A DNA stretch of 63,303 nucleotides, filler included, from Nemertoderma westbladi (GCA_032718475.1; 3 parts of 3 records of this genome joined end to end with filler, not necessarily neighbours in it), one strand, 5' to 3'. Counted from the whole stretch's first letter, positions 46,152 to 61,299 are shown. Numbers and translations are program-made. The notes: generated by a model from the letters alone, not told the origin.

Positions 46152-48770
46152 AATCAATCAATGAATCAATCAATTTATCCCAAGGAGTACATTTATATAT
46201 ATATATAGTATATGACATGTAATGCTTATTTAGCTACTACTACTAGGATCGACATGCTGCATTGCAGCTGCATTTTTAAGAATGCTGTGCCGGCTTGTCG
46301 ACAGAATTGCGCCTCCACAACTCCCTATCACAGACATGATATTTGCTAGATCATCCGCATCTTCAGGGCCAGAGTCCTTTAAGATGCGTCTCAAGAAAGT
46401 CATGGGCTGTCCACCATGCTTATTCACTCCATGAGGCTTCCAAAGTACAAGATTATGCACTGGCTGGTCCTCACGGCAAAAGCAATGTCCTGCAAAGCGG
46501 AGGCGATTGTGTTCTAGTGTCAAGCTTGGGGGAACCAATGAGACACCTCCAATGTTATATAGTGTCTGGTTGGAGATGTGTGCATTGTACTTGACACAAT
46601 GAACCCGGCGTAGCATTCTTGTGAATGTGCCATCCAGAGATTTGGTGTCCTCAGCAGTTAGAGCCCAGCATGGACTCCCATAGAGAAGTACTGGAACTAC
46701 TGAGGCTGCTCTAAATAATCGGACCTTAAGGTTCCGATTAATTCTATGTGACTTCCAAATCCTGGAAAGACTATTCAAGGCTGCCCATGCCTTTCCCTTA
46801 CGTATTCGTAGGTCCTCATCTGACTTCCGGATCCATGATCCCAGGTAACAGAAGTCCACCACATGCTCAAGCATACCATCCTTTGAGCTTATGCTCATCC
46901 GGTCAGAGACTTGCTGAGAACTTTCCAAGTTAACTGTCAAAATTTTGGTATTTTTGGAGTTAATAAAAAGACCAACACTAGAAGCAGCCTGTTCTAATGA
47001 GCTGAGGAGCCTTTGGGCTCCCTCTAGTGTTTCTGAGAGTACTCATAAGTCATCAGCAAAGTCTAGATCAGTTAGGTACTTGGCAGGATTTCCTCGACTT
47101 CTGGAGCCAGTAGGTGGAGTTACCATCACCCCATCACCATTATGATGATCTAAGAACCTAGTCAACCACAGTTATGAACAAGAATGGCGCAAGTGTGTCT
47201 CCCTGGAGGACTCTCCATAACAGTTCAAATGGTTCTGTGCCACCGTCAACAGTAGACACAAATGTTGTCGAACCATTGTATACTGATCTGATTGCTGCAA
47301 TAATTTCATCAGGAATCCCATATAATGAAAGTATGCTGAACATACGTGAGCGAGAGACACAATCAAAGGCCTTGAAGACGTCAACAAAGACAACAGCCAG
47401 ATGCCTGTCTTTAATTTTTGATAACACTTCAATTATCCTTCTAAGAGCCAAAATGGGCTCCATGGTCCCACGACCTTTACGGAACCCATTCTGATTTCCA
47501 CTGAGCAGTCCCTCAATGGGATCCCTGATGCAATTTAATAGAATTCTATTGTATAGCTTTGCAGCAATCGAGATCAATGAGATTCCCCGAAAAGAACCAT
47601 AGAGTGTTAGGTTGCCCTTCTTGGGAACTGGCACCAACTTATTTGTTTTCATTTCTTGTGGGACTCTTGTTGTTCGGTACATGTCTACTATAATGGGATA
47701 GATTAGGTTTAAACACTCAGGTATTTTAAAGACCTCAGGGGTAACATCATCTACTCCACTGGCATGATTGGTATTAATGATCTTTGCAGCAGCCTTCACT
47801 TCTGCAAAGGAGATATCGCCAATGGGAATATCTGGGAGTACAGACTCATACACTTTTACTTCTATATAATGTTATCAGGCAATACCCTGTCATTATTGAG
47901 GAGCTTTTCAAAGTGGGCCTTCCAACCATTGAGGCGATCGGCTGGTGATTCTGCCTTAATCTAGGTGGTTGGTTGGCTTTTCTGCCCAGTATGCAAGTTA
48001 GTCGATTTCCATGCCTGGGATGATTGCCTGCTGTCGTCGGCATCATTGATGGCATCACCCTGTTGGTTTATAAGCTCCTGTACATTAACAGAGTACTGCC
48101 TGTTCAGGGACCTAGATGCAGCCTTAACTGCATTCTTGGCCGATGTAGTGTGTTTGAGCTGGGACTCTTTCTGCGCCTTTTCGGCACTTCTGAATTTTGT
48201 GGTCAGTCCAGGGGGTCATTTTTCCTGTTTCGTGGGTATACAGGAACTGTTTCTGCAGCTGCTAACTTAACTGCTTCTGTGAAGGCAGAATAGCCCTCAC
48301 AGTGATCTGCCGCCTCAGAGGCAAGAGCCTCATACCTGTTGCTCAGCTGTAGTGTGAAGCTGGATCTCACACTTGGCTGTTGCAACAGAGAGGTCCAGTC
48401 ACACCGCGGCAAGGTAGATTTCGTTGTTCTGCTAGCATGCAGACTAAGTCTTACCCTGGCCACAATAAGGCGGTGATCACTGGAGAAGGGTCGAAGTGTA
48501 AATGCATTACAGTCTTGTATAGAGGTCCTTTATTTCTTTCCTATGAGATAGAATATGATCTATCTGGGACTTGTCACCACTGGGTCCACTATGAGTCCAT
48601 AGCTTTCCAGTTCGCTTCTTGAACTGGGTTCCAGCCGAATCAATCCATTTCCAGAGATGAAATCCTGAAGATGGACGAAATTTCGGTTAACACTAATCGC
48701 TATAGACCCTGGGCGATATAGGTGATTGATGCAGACTTGCATTAAAGTCTCCCAGGAATGTTAAGAATGC
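46152..48770 (-). mobile_element. Degenerate 5'-truncated LINE (RTE-like): partial endonuclease and RT
   Basis: GDFNA at about 48745; PVPKKG, NQNGFRKGR, FVDVFKAFD, LQGDTLAPFLF, DFADD and YLGSWI; several stops and frameshifts; (ATTG)n tail. Confidence 0.85.
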
Positions 48771-48781
48771 ATTATTACTAT

Positions 48782-51700
48782 GGAAAGGATTTACTATGAA
48801 AGATCATCCATGGTGGTGAACAGGAATTGAATTAGGAAACAGAGTGGAAGGGTTTTATTATAAAAGATCAACCATGGTGGTGAACAGGAATTTAATTAGG
48901 AAACAGAGTGGAAAGGTTTTATTATAGAAGATCAACCATGGTGGTGAACAGGCATTCCTTTAGGAAACAGAGTGGAAGGGTTTACTATGGAAGATCAACC
49001 ATGGTGGTGAACAGGCATTCCTTTAGGAAACAGAGTGGAACGGTTTTATTATAGAAGATCAACCATGGTGGTGAACAGGAATTTAATTAGGAAACAGAGT
49101 GGAAGGGTTTTATTATAGAAGATCAACCATGGTGGTGAACAGGAATTTAATTAGGAAACAGTGTGGAAGGGTTTTATTATAGAAGATCAACCATGGTGGT
49201 GAACAGGCATTCCTTTAAGAAACAGAGTGGAAGGGTTTTATTATAGAAGATCAACCACGGTGGTGAACAGGAATTTAATTAGGAAACAGTGTGGAAGGGT
49301 TTTATTATAGAAGATCAACCATGGTGGTGAACAGGCATTCCTTTAAGAAACAGAGTGGAAGAGTTTTATTATAGAAGATCAACCATGGTGGTGAACAGGC
49401 ATTCCTTTAAGAAACAGAGTGGAAGAGTTTTATTATAGAAGATCAACCATGGTGGTGAACAGGAATTTAATTAGGAAACAGAGTGGAAAGGTTTTATTAT
49501 AGAAAATCAACCATGGTGGTGAACAGGCATTCCTTTAGGAAACAGAGTGGAAGGGTTTTATTATAGAAGATCAACCATGGTGGTGAACAGGCATTTAATT
49601 AGGAAACAGAGTGGAAGGATTTTATTATAGAAGATTAACCATGGTGGTGAACAGGCATTCCTTAAGGAAACAGAGTGGAAAGGTTTTATTATAGAAGATC
49701 AACCATGGTGGTGAACAGGAATTTAATTAGGAAAAAGAGTGGAAGGATTTTATTATAGAAGATCAACCATGGTGGTGAACAGGCATTCCTTTAGGAAACA
49801 GAGTGGAAGGTTTTACTGTGGAAGATCAGCCATGGTGGTGAACAGGCATTCCTTTAGGAAACAGAGTGGAAGGGTTTACTGTGGAAGATCACCCATGGTG
49901 GTGAACAGGCATTCCTTAAGGAAACAGAGTAGAAGGGATTTACTGTGGAAGATCAGCCATGGTGGTGAACAGGGATTCCTTAAGGAAATAGAGTAGAAGG
50001 GATTTACTGTGGAAGATCAGCCATGGTGGTGAACAGGCATTCCTTTAGGAAACAGAGTGGAGGGGTTTACTGTGGAAGATCAGCCATGGTGGTGAACAGG
50101 CATTCCTTTAGGAAACAGAGTGGAAGGGTTTACTGTGGAAGATCACCCATGGTGGTGAACAGGCATTCCTTAAGGAAACAGAGTAGAAGGGATTTACTGT
50201 GGAAGATCAACCATGGTGGAGAACAGGCATTCCTCTAGGAAACAGAGTGGAAGGATTTTATTATAGAAGATCAACCATGGTGGTGAACAGGAATTCCTTT
50301 AAGAAACAGAGTGGAAGGGTTTTATTATAGAAGATCAACCATGGTGGTGAACAGGAATTCCTTTAAGAAACAGAGTGGAAGGGTTTTATTATAGAAGATC
50401 AACCATGGTGGTGAACAGGAATTTAATTAGGAAACAGAGTGGAAGGGTTTTATTATAGAAGATCAACCATGGTGGTGAACAGGCATTCCTTTAAGAAACA
50501 GAGTGGAAGGGTTTTATTATAGAAGATCAACCATGGTGGTGAACAGGAATTCCTTTAAGAAACAGAGTGGAAGGGTTTTATTATAGAAGATCAACCATGG
50601 TGGTGAACAGGAATTTAATTAGGAAACAGAGTGGAAGGGTTTTATTATAGAAGATCAACCATGGTGGTGAACAGGCATTCCTTTAAGAAACAGAGTGGAA
50701 GGGTTTTATTATAGAAGATCAACCATGGTGGTGAACAGGAATTTAATTAGGAAACAGAGTGGAAGGGTTTTATTATAGAAGATCAACCATGGTGGTGAAC
50801 AGGCATTCCTTTAAGAAACAGAGTGGAAGGGTTTTATTATAGAAGATCAAACATGGTGGTGAACAGGCATTCCTTTAGGAAACAGAGTGGAAGGGTTTTA
50901 TTATAGAAGATCAACCATGGTGGTGAACAGGAATTTAATTAGGAAACAGAGTGGAAGGGTTTTATTATAGAAGATCAACCATGGTGGTGAACAGGAATTT
51001 AATTAGGAAACAGAGTGGAAGGGTTTTATTATAGAAGATCAACCATGGTGGTGAACAGGCATTCCTTTAGGAAACAGAGTGGAAAGGTTTTATTATAGAA
51101 GATCAACCATGGTGGTGAACAGGCATTCCTTTAGGAAACAGAGTGGAAGGGTTATATTATAGAAGATCAACCATGGTGGTGAACAGGAATTCCTTTAGGA
51201 AACAGAGTGGAAGGGTTTTATTATAGAAGATCACCCATGGTAGTGAACAGGCATTTAATTAGGAAACAGAGTGGAAGAGTTTTATTATAGAAGATCAACC
51301 ATGGTGGTGAACAGGCATTCCTTTAGGAAACAGAGTGGAAGGGTTTTATTATAGAAGATCAACCATGGTGGTGAACAGGAATTTAATTAGGAAACAGAGT
51401 GGACGGGTTTTATTATAGAAGATCAACCATGGTGGTGAACAGGCATTCCTTTAGGAAACAGAGTGGAAGGGTTTTATTATAGAAGATCAACCATGGTGGT
51501 GAACAGGAATTTAATTAGGAAACAGAGTGGAAAGGTTTTATTATTGAAGATCAACCATGGTGGTGAACAGGCATTCCTTTAGGAAACAGAGTGGAAGGGT
51601 TTTATTATAGAAGATCAACCATGGTGGTGAACAGGCATTCCTTTAAGAAACAGAGTGGAAGAGTTTTATTATAGAAGATCAACCATGGTGGTGAACAGGC

Positions 51701-52745
51701 ATTTCTTTAGGAAACAGAGTGGAAGGGTTTTATTATAGAAGATCAACCATGGTGGTGAACAGGAATTCCTTTAGGAAACAGAGTGGAAGGGTTTACTGTG
51801 GAAGATCACCCATGGTGGTGAACAGGCATTCCTTTAAGAATCAGAGTGGAAGGGTTTTATTATAGAAGATCAACCATGGTGGTGAACAGGCATTCCTTAA
51901 GGAAACAGAGTGGAAGGGTTTTATTATAGAAGATCAACCATGGTGGTGAACAGGCATTCCTTTAGGAAACAGAGTGGAAGGGTTTTATTATAGAAGATCA
52001 ACCATGGTGGTGAACAGGAATTAAATTAGGAAACAGAGCGGTAGGGTTTTATTATAGAAGATCAACCATGGTGGTGAACAGGCATTCCTTTAGGAAACAG
52101 AGTGGGAGGGTTTTATTATAGAAGATTAACCATGGTGGTGAACAGTCATTCCTTTAGGAAACAGAGTGGAAGGGTTTTATTATAGAAGATCAACCATGGT
52201 GGTGAACAGGCATTCCTTTAGGAAACAGAGTGGAAGGGTGTACTGTGGAAGATCACCCATGGTGTTGAACATGAATTCCTTTAGGAAACAGAGTGGAAGG
52301 GTTTACTGTGGAAGATCACCCATGGTGGTGAACAGGCATTCCTTTAGGAAACAGAGTGGAAGGGTTTTATTATAGAATATCAACCATGGTGGTGAACAGG
52401 CATTCCTTTAGGAAACAGAGTGGAAGGGTTTTATTATAGAAGATCAACCATGGTGGTGAACAGGCATTCCTTTAGGAAACAGAGTGGAAGGGTGTACTGT
52501 GGAAGATCACCCATGGTGGTGAACATGAATTCCTTTAGGAAACAGAGTGGAAGGGTTTACTGTGGAAGATCACCCATGGTGGTGAACAGGCATTCCTTTA
52601 GGAAACAGAGTGGAAGGGTTTTATTATAGAATATCAACCATGGTGGTGAACAGGCATTCCTTTAGGAAACAGAGTGGAAGGGTTTTATTATAGAAGATCA
52701 ACCACGGTGGTGAACAGGTATATTTCCTTTAGTATACAGAGTGCT
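48782..52745. repeat. 63-64-bp satellite, about 62 copies
   Basis: GGAAACAGAGTGGAAGGGTTTTATTATAGAAGATCAACCATGGTGGTGAACAGGCATTCCTTTA units, with two variant sites. Confidence 0.98.
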
Positions 52746-54261
52746 TATTTAGCAATTCGGATTTGAATTTGTTTTAATTTAAAAAAAAAAATTGTATGGT
52801 AGTGATTTATTTTTATATAGCAAATGACGGCATAGACTGTCCTTTACAATATTGCTTTATAGAGTGCATCGTGGTCCAAACCAAGCTTTACAGGCGCCCA
52901 TAATGATTTGCACGTCATATGCAGATCGATTGTACAATACACAGACCATCTATCTGTCCGATTAATATTAATTAATTTTCATACTGCATTAGACAAACAC
53001 ATGCTTTGAGTCGTGGTCTGGAAATAACATTCAGACTTGGAGGGCGCCAGGATGGATAGACACATTTACTAGAAGCAGAATGAGGCACGTTTACGTGGCA
53101 CCTATAAATTGTCCTGGTATCGAATGAAATCTACTAAATAAAATAAAATAAAATCTAGTTTTGTAATCGTACGAATTTGAGTGTGTAACTTTACTCGAAA
53201 ATGGAAATATATCTTAATAAATAAATGCTAAACATTATATTCAACTTTTATTTAGTTACACAGAAGTTGTAGTGCTTCTTTTAGTTGATTGTTAACGACA
53301 GTGTTGCGTAACGAAAATTCCTTTATATTGTCATAAATATCCTATTTATTAATACGGTGCTGAGGCCAACTAAAATTAGCAGGGTAGGTAGTCCTATGGT
53401 TGCACTTTTACAGAATACATATAGTCAATGAAATGAAAGAAAATGGTGATAAATCTTTATCAAGTGTAAGGGAAACGAACAATACCGCATTCTCAGCCGT
53501 TGAATATTATTTACCGGAACATCCTTACGCAATATTTTAAATAAAATATAATTTCAATTTGAAAGAAATTGTGGAATGTTTTCCACACACCTTGGTGTAA
53601 AATCAACTGAGTAAGCCACTTAATGCAGGCCTGGCAATTACATTATTATCAGTGGTAAATAGATTAACGCAATAAGGCCCAGGAGTGTTTGCAACACATA
53701 TGATTTTTATTCCGCGTTGTCCCGTCAAGCTAAAATTAATGGATAAGAAGGAAGCGCCAGTCTCTCATGCATATTTATTTAATTTTAATGCCATTTAAAA
53801 ACAATTTTATCACACCCGTTGTATTTTTAGTTTCCAAATTAACTGAAAAAGATGAAAAATATACTATTAATGCATAATTAAATCCGAATAATATGAAGTT
53901 TAGATGGATGGAATTGATAGGATGATTTATATAGAAATTTAATTAACACATATTACTATTGACAATCAGGATACCTATATCATCAAATCAATTTTAATAT
54001 CTGACTTTTCTATATTTCTTTCTAAAAGCCCAAAATACTTAAAACAAATCTCAGATTCATATTCAAATTGTGTTGATTTGTAAAAAGGAAACAAAATGAT
54101 TTCTTAAGACTTTCATATAGAGAGCAGGATAGCACAAGCACTCTGACCTATTTCAGTAGGCACATCTGGTATTATTTCGGCCAACTTTGTAACAGTAAAT
54201 GCCCTGAGATGCTTAACTACATATTATCTGTCAACAAAGATACTACCAGACCTACTACTAA

Positions 54262-54440
54262 GCAGAAGCTTGGTGTAGTGGCGACATTCCTGGGCTTACA
54301 TTCAAGGCTTTGGTTCGATTCCCTTGTCGAGTTGTACTGTATGCTCACAGTGCTGATGCAGCCTAGACAAATCTAGGTTTCTTCCCTTGACTGACTGGTC
54401 GATAAATTGGAACCAAGGTTGCTTGGTAAATATAATGTAA
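54262..54440 (+). mobile_element. Degenerate tRNA-derived SINE, possibly with a Nin-type domain
   Basis: A box TGGTGTAGTGG, B box GGTTCGATTCC, and downstream GGTCGATAAATTG..CCA. Confidence 0.55.
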
Positions 54441-54442
54441 CG

Positions 54443-54950
54443 ATTTACTGTGGAAGATCACCCATGGTGGTGAACAGGAATTCCATTATGAAACAGAGTG
54501 GAAGGGTTTACTATGGAAGATCATCCATGGTGGTGAACAGGAATTCCTTTAGGAAAGAGAGTGGAAGGGTTTACTGAAGTAGATCACCCATGGTGGTGAA
54601 CAGGCATTCCTTTAGGAAACAGAGTGGAAGGGTTTACTGAAGTAGATCACCCATGGTGGTGAACATGCATTCCTTTATGAAACAGAGTGGAAGGGTTTAC
54701 TATAGAAGATCATCCATGGTGGTGAAGAGGAATTCCTTTTGGAAACAGAGTGGAAGGGTTTACTGAAGTAGATCACCCATGGTGGTGAACAGGCATTCCT
54801 TTAGGAAACAGAGTGGAAGGGTTTACTGAAGTAGATCACCCATGGTGGTGAACATGCATTCCTTTAAGAAACAGTGTGAAATGGTTTACTGAAGTAGATC
54901 ATCCATGGTTGTGAACAGGCATTCCTTGAAGAAACAGAGTGGAAGGGTTT
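54443..54950. repeat. Second block of the 63-bp satellite, about 8 copies
   Basis: Same unit as 48782-52745, with a TTTACTGAAGTAG variant. Confidence 0.95.
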
Positions 54951-54952
54951 AG

Positions 54953-55702
54953 AATCGCATTGCATCGCATCGCATAAGGCATCGCATCGCATCGCATAAG
55001 GCATGGCATAAGGCATGCGTAAGGCGTGGCGTAAGGCGTGGCGTAAGGCGTCGCGTAAGGCGTCGCGTAAGGCGTCGCGTAAGGCGTCGCGTAAGGCGTC
55101 GCGTAAGGCGTCGTCGTGTGGCGTCGCGTAAGGCGTCGTCGCGTAAGGCGTCGCGTAAGGCGTCGCATAAGGCGTCGTCGCATAAGGCGTCGCGTAAGGC
55201 GTCGCGTAAGGCGTCGCGTAAGGCGTCGCGTAAGGCGTCGCGTAAGGCGTCGCGTAAGGCGTCGCGTAAGGCGTCGCGTAAGGCGTCGCGTAAGGCGTCG
55301 CGTAAGGCGTCGCGTAAGGCGTCGCGTAAGGCGTCGCGTAAGGCGTCGCGTAAGGCGTCGCGTAAGGCGTCGCGTAAGGCGTCGCGTAAGGCGTCGCGTA
55401 AGGCGTCGCGTAAGGCGTCGCGTAAGGCGTCGCGTAAGGCGTCGCGTAAGGCGTCGCGTAAGGCGTCGCGTAAGGCGTCGCGTAAGGCGTCGCGTAAGGC
55501 GTCGCGTAAGGCGTCGCGTAAGGCGTCGCGTAAGGCGTCGCGTAAGGCGTCGCGTAAGGCGTCGCGTAAGGCGTCGCGTAAGGCGTCGCGTAAGGCGTCG
55601 CGTGTCGCGTAAGGCGTCGCGTAAGGCGTCGCGTAAGGCGTCGCGTAAGGCATCGCGTAAGGCGTTGCGTAAGGCATCGCATAAGGCATCGCATAAGGCA
55701 TC
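54953..55702. repeat. 12-bp CpG-rich tandem repeat
   Basis: (GCGTAAGGCGTC)n, homogeneous in the centre and degenerate at the edges. Confidence 0.98.
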
Positions 55703-56719
55703 TCTATCTACAAGTGGGCAATATACTTTATTATCTTCTGCCACAATGAAATCTACAAACCACCAGTAGTACATATATTTTACAAGGGCCAACTACAATA
55801 AATAATTTAATGATACTGCGGGTGATATTTCGAGGGAGAAAATACAAGTGTGGCTTTGCCTATCTCATCTTCTTTAGCCTTGTTCCCCCATATAAATTTC
55901 AAGTCACACTTCCCTATCATGCCAATTAGGTGGGGCGTGCCTAGGTGAAATAATACTGATTAGGTGTAGCCTTGCCTCGTTAATAGAGGCATTCAACTCA
56001 TCTGGGAGTTGCGCTTGGAAGTAGTGAAGTGTCAGTCTGCAAATCGAATAATGAGTAATTTGATTTTTGAGGATATCTGATTTCACAGTGCTGACTGTGA
56101 AATCTGATCAGAGTACCTGACTGTGACTCAGTAACGAACATTATATTGCTACCACATACATATCTCTGGATGTGTAGGATGTTCTGACAAAGAGCTCTCT
56201 AAAGTGCCCCACTCCACTCCTCTTATTCACAACTTCAAACTGAAGGCTTATTAAAAATTACCATCTAAAAATGCACACAAAAGTGTCAAAATGTCAAATG
56301 AAATAGCTCTAAGTTTATATAACTGCATTTACAATATCCTTTTGAATTTCACATACTGTGGTAATTAAAAATTGATTGGTCGAAATTATTGCCGGAAATT
56401 TCCTTATTTTATTGTCTCACATTTTTAAGATTATATATATTATTTGTTATATATTTATATTTGTTCTTGTTATACGTTTAGAGTTATCTGAATTTGGCAG
56501 TAATATGATATAAACACCTTTTCATTATAAAATAAAGTTTCGAATATAATAATACTATCTAGATTTCCGTTTTCATAACAAATGGAAGACGAAGATGCTT
56601 GAAGGGGATATGGACTGGTAGGGTAGGGTCTATGGTTTGTGTTGGCAGTAACCTGTCAGCACTGACATTAATGTTACCATTGACAGCAATGGGGGGGGGG
56701 GGGGGGGGGTGAAACAATT

Positions 56720-57190
56720 CCTTTCCATGGATGACATGTAGAACTCGAATAATCTGTTTCTCTTCAAGTTCATCATATACCTTATCTAAATCAGATGTTT
56801 AATCTTTCACTGGATTCCTTGATAGAATCTGTACAGTCTGTTCTGTTTCTGTCTGTACAATCTGTTTTTCCTGCACGATATTCTAATGTATAATCAAGAT
56901 GTTGCATACCTATCACCTGTCGTTCAATTCTGGGGGAAGGTCCTAAATCTTACCTCATGGTTTATTGAATACTGGTATCAGACTTTTGCCATCGGTAAAG
57001 ATCGAAAAATGTGGTGCCCCGACTAACAAGTTGACAAATTTATCTGATGCTCACCACTTTATGGCTCTAGCTTCGAACTCTGTTTGACCCCAACGGGATT
57101 CTACATCGGCCATTCGTCTGCTTGTATAATGGACTGGTATCCAACTTCCTTGATGTCTTTGTGTTAGAATGGCACTCATTCCTCCACGTT
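56720..57190 (-). pseudogene. Ty3/gypsy RNase H fragment
   Basis: Manual translation GMSAILTQ..PVHYTSRRMADVESRWGQTEFEARAIKW*..FTDGKSLIPVFNK, with stops and a frameshift. Confidence 0.7.
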
Positions 57191-57214
57191 GTCCAACAAA
57201 TTCAATATTCTAAA

Positions 57215-57441
57215 ACAACCTTTAAGAGACATCTCACAAATGCCATGGGCTGTCCACCATGCATATTTTCTTCATGGGGCTGTCAAAGCATAAGATAGTG
57301 CACAGGCTCGTGCTCACGGCGAAAACAATGTCCTGCAAAGCGGAGACGGCTTTGTTCTAGTGTCAAGATTGGGGGAACCAACAACACACCTCCAATGTTT
57401 TATATTGTCTGGTTGGAGATGTGTGCATTATACTTGACACA
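57215..57441 (-). mobile_element. Second fragment of the same LINE family
   Basis: Aligns by eye to about 46375-46598 (CAATGTCCTGCAAAGCGGAG; GTCTGGTTGGAGATGTGTGCATT). Confidence 0.8.
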
Positions 57442-58531
57442 GTTATACTGACCAGTAAACTAAACTGACAGACCGATGTGCGATTTTTTACACCAGGCCT
57501 AAGGACATTGCTTACCCATAAGTCGGCCTGGCCGACATCAGTCCGAATAGTGCAGCAGTGGTTTTATGTGCTGTCAGGCTGTGTCTAAGATTTTTTCCAA
57601 ACACAATATTTTATCAGTAAGTTGGCTTGTGAGACCTACAGACCTATACCCTGCGGAATATTTATATATCAGTTGTCTTGTCTGTCATTATATTATAATC
57701 AGATGTTTATACAAGCCTCTTCATATTTCACAGCCCCGCCGATTGACTCAGTAGCTTGAGCCCGACAGTCCCTGAAATTTGTGCTTCATTATTCAACCTT
57801 TATTTACCCTTACCAATTGCCATCCTTTTACTTGTAGACTGTAGAGTGTAGTAGATTCCAAATGTGGCTGTTGGACTATCCCAGTAGATCTCACTAGTGG
57901 GCCTCATGATAGTCGGACAAGCCGACTATTGGACTGTTGTATTTATAGCCAGCGGTCCTTATAGTTAGTGGCCACCCAGCAAATACTTAACTTTAAATTA
58001 TTCTAGGATCATATGAAGAAGAAGTGCAAGTGCCGCACATCAATAATTTTTCTTTTTTTTCATTTCATTATTAGTTTGTAGAGCAATATACAGTACATAG
58101 TATTATTTGTTTGCCTTATGTGAGAATTCGTGTGAATTTTCAACCAATTTTGCAGTATTTTACTTTGGTATTGATTTTTCATGAACTTCACGATCATCGG
58201 GAAATACAAGTTAAAGTGCCTCCAATAGCCCCATTACAGCCTGGCTGCTCTGGTAGGCTTCACCAAAAATTACAAAATCAATAATAATAATTGAAATCAA
58301 ATAATTTTTTTATTGTATTATATATTAGTTTGAGATTCAAGTGGTCCACATGTGTTGCGTATGTGAACATGATGTTGATGATGTATTATTACCTTTGGTA
58401 TGTGTGTGTATAGTCGGTTTACTATATAAAACACCACAACCCATGACTTTTCACTGATTTGTACTATTTTTACAAGAATTCCCTGACATTTTCCTGACAT
58501 TTCAGCGCCCCTGGGTGAGAGCGCGCGGGGG

Positions 58532-61123
58532 AACATTAATCAAGGAGACAAACATTAATGAGGAACGCAAACATTAATCAGGGTCACAAACATTAATGAG
58601 GGACGCAAACATTAATCAGGGACAAAAATATTAATCAGGGACACAAACATAAATGAGGAACGTAAACATTTTTCAGGGACACAAAACTTTAATCAGGGAC
58701 ACAAACATTAATCAGGGATACAAACATTAATCAGGGACACAAACATTAATGAGGAACACAAACATTAATCAGGGACACAAATATTAATGAGGAACACAAA
58801 CATTAATCAGGGACACAAACATAAATGAGGAACGCAAACATTTTTCAGGGACACAAAACTTTAATCAGGGACACAAACATTAATCAGGGATACAAACATT
58901 AATCAGGGACACAAACATTAATGAGGAACACAAACATTAATCAGGGACACAAACATTAATCAGGGACACAAACATTAATGAGGAACATAAACATTAATCA
59001 GGGACACAAACATTAATCAGGGATACAAACATTAATGAGGAACACAATCATTATTCAGGGACACAAACATTAATCAGGGACACAAACACTAATCAGGGTC
59101 ACAAACATTAATCATGGACACAAATATTAATCAGGGAGACAAACATTAATGAGGGATACAAACATTAATGAGGGACCCAAGCATTAATGAGGGACACAAA
59201 GATTAATCAGGGACACAAACATTAATGAGGAATACAAACATTAATCAGGGACACAAACATTAATCAGGGACACAAACATTAATGAGGAATACAAACATTA
59301 ATGAGGAACACAAACATTAAGCAGGGACACAAATATTAATGAGGAACACAAACATTTTTCAGGGATACAAACATTAATCAGGGACACAAACATTAATGAG
59401 GAACACAAACATTAATCAGGGACACAAACATTAATCAGGGACACAAACATTAATGAGGAACATAAACATTAATCAGGGACACAAACATTAATCAGGGACA
59501 CAAACATTAATGAGGAACACAAACATTATTCAGGGACACAAACATTAATCAGAGACACAAAGATTAACCAGGGACACAAAACTTTAATCAGGGACACAAA
59601 CATTAATCAGGGATACAAACATTAATCAGGGACACAAACATTAATGAGGAACACAAACATTAATCAGGGACACAAACATTAATCAGGGACACAAACATTA
59701 ATCAGGGACACCAACATTAATCAGGGACACAAACATTAATCAGAGACACAAAGATTAACCAGGGACACAAACATTAATCAGGGACACAAATATTAATCAG
59801 GGAGACAAACATTAATGAGGGATACAAACATTAATGAGGGACCCAAACATTAATGAGGGACACAAAGATTAATCAGGGACACAAACATTAATGAGGAATA
59901 CAAACATTAATCAGGGACACAAACATTAATCAGGGACACAAACATTAATGAGGAATACAAACATTAATGAGGAACACAAACATTAATCAGGGACACAAAT
60001 ATTAATGAGGAACACAAACATATTTCAGGGACACAAAACTTTAATCAGGGACACAAACATTAATCAGGGACACAAACATTAATCAGGGACAAAAACATTA
60101 ATCAGGGTCACAAATATTAATCAGGGACACAAACATTAATGAGGAACGCAAACATTAGTCAGGGACACAAACATTAATGAGGAACGCAAACATTAATCAG
60201 GGACACAAACATTAACGAGGAACGCAAACATTAATCAGGGACACAAACATTAATGAGGAACGCAAACATTAATCAGGGACACAAACATTAATGAGGGACG
60301 CAAACATTAATGAGGGACCCAAACATTAATCCGGGACATAAACATTAATGAAGGTCGCAAACATTAATCAGGGTCACAAACACTAATGAGGGACGCAAAC
60401 ATTAATCAGGGAAACAAACATTAATGCGGGACAAACATCAGGGACACAAACATTAATCAGGGTCACAAATATTAATCAGGGACGCAAACATTAATGAGGA
60501 ACGCAAACATTAATCAGGGACACAAACACAAACGCAAACATTAATCAGGGACACAAACATTAATGAGGAACGCAAACCTTAATCAGGGACATAAACAGGG
60601 TCACAAATATTAATCAGGGACACAAATATTAATCAGGTACACCAATATTAATAAGGGACACAAACATTAATCAGGGTCACAAATATTAATCAGGGACGCA
60701 AACATTAATTAGGAACGCAAACATTAATCAGGGACACAAACACAAACGCAAACATTAATCAGGGACACAAACATTAATGAGGAACGCAAACATTAATCAG
60801 GGACACAAACACAGACGCAAACATTAATCAGGGACACAAACATTAATGAGGAACGCAAACCTTAATCAGGGACACAAACATTATCAGGGACACAAACACA
60901 AACGCAAACATTAATCAGGGACACAAACATTAATGAGGAACGCAAACCTTAATCAGGGACACAAACAGGGTCACAAACATTAATCAGGGGCACAAATATT
61001 ATTCAGGGACACAAATAGTAATCAGGGACACAAACATTAATCAGGGACGCAAACATTAATCAGGGACGCAAACATTAATCAAGGACACAAACATTAATCA
61101 GGGTGACAAATTTTTATCAGGGT
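58532..61123. repeat. 19-bp satellite, roughly 135 copies
   Basis: CAGGGACACAAACATTAAT and GAGGAACACAAACATTAAT units. Confidence 0.98.
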
Positions 61124-61299
61124 CAATTCTGCTGAGGTTTATATGAATAGGTCTACCAGTTCAGGTCCATCTACAAGTGCACCTAGTGTTCAGGCTCCTG
61201 TCGGAACTAGTAAATTGATTATATCTGGTTCTATATTAGTGGACCCGTAAGCCAAAAATTTTCCGGTGTTTTTAATCACTCTTCAACTAATAACTCTTT

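Noticed and set aside
54262-54330. tRNA gene
   Set aside because: A and B boxes are present but there is no convincing cloverleaf or acceptor stem; a SINE head explains it better.
54864-55792. Long YATP, DALR, RRVR and ASRK repeat proteins
   Set aside because: A 12-bp repeat open in five frames, with no unique coding context.
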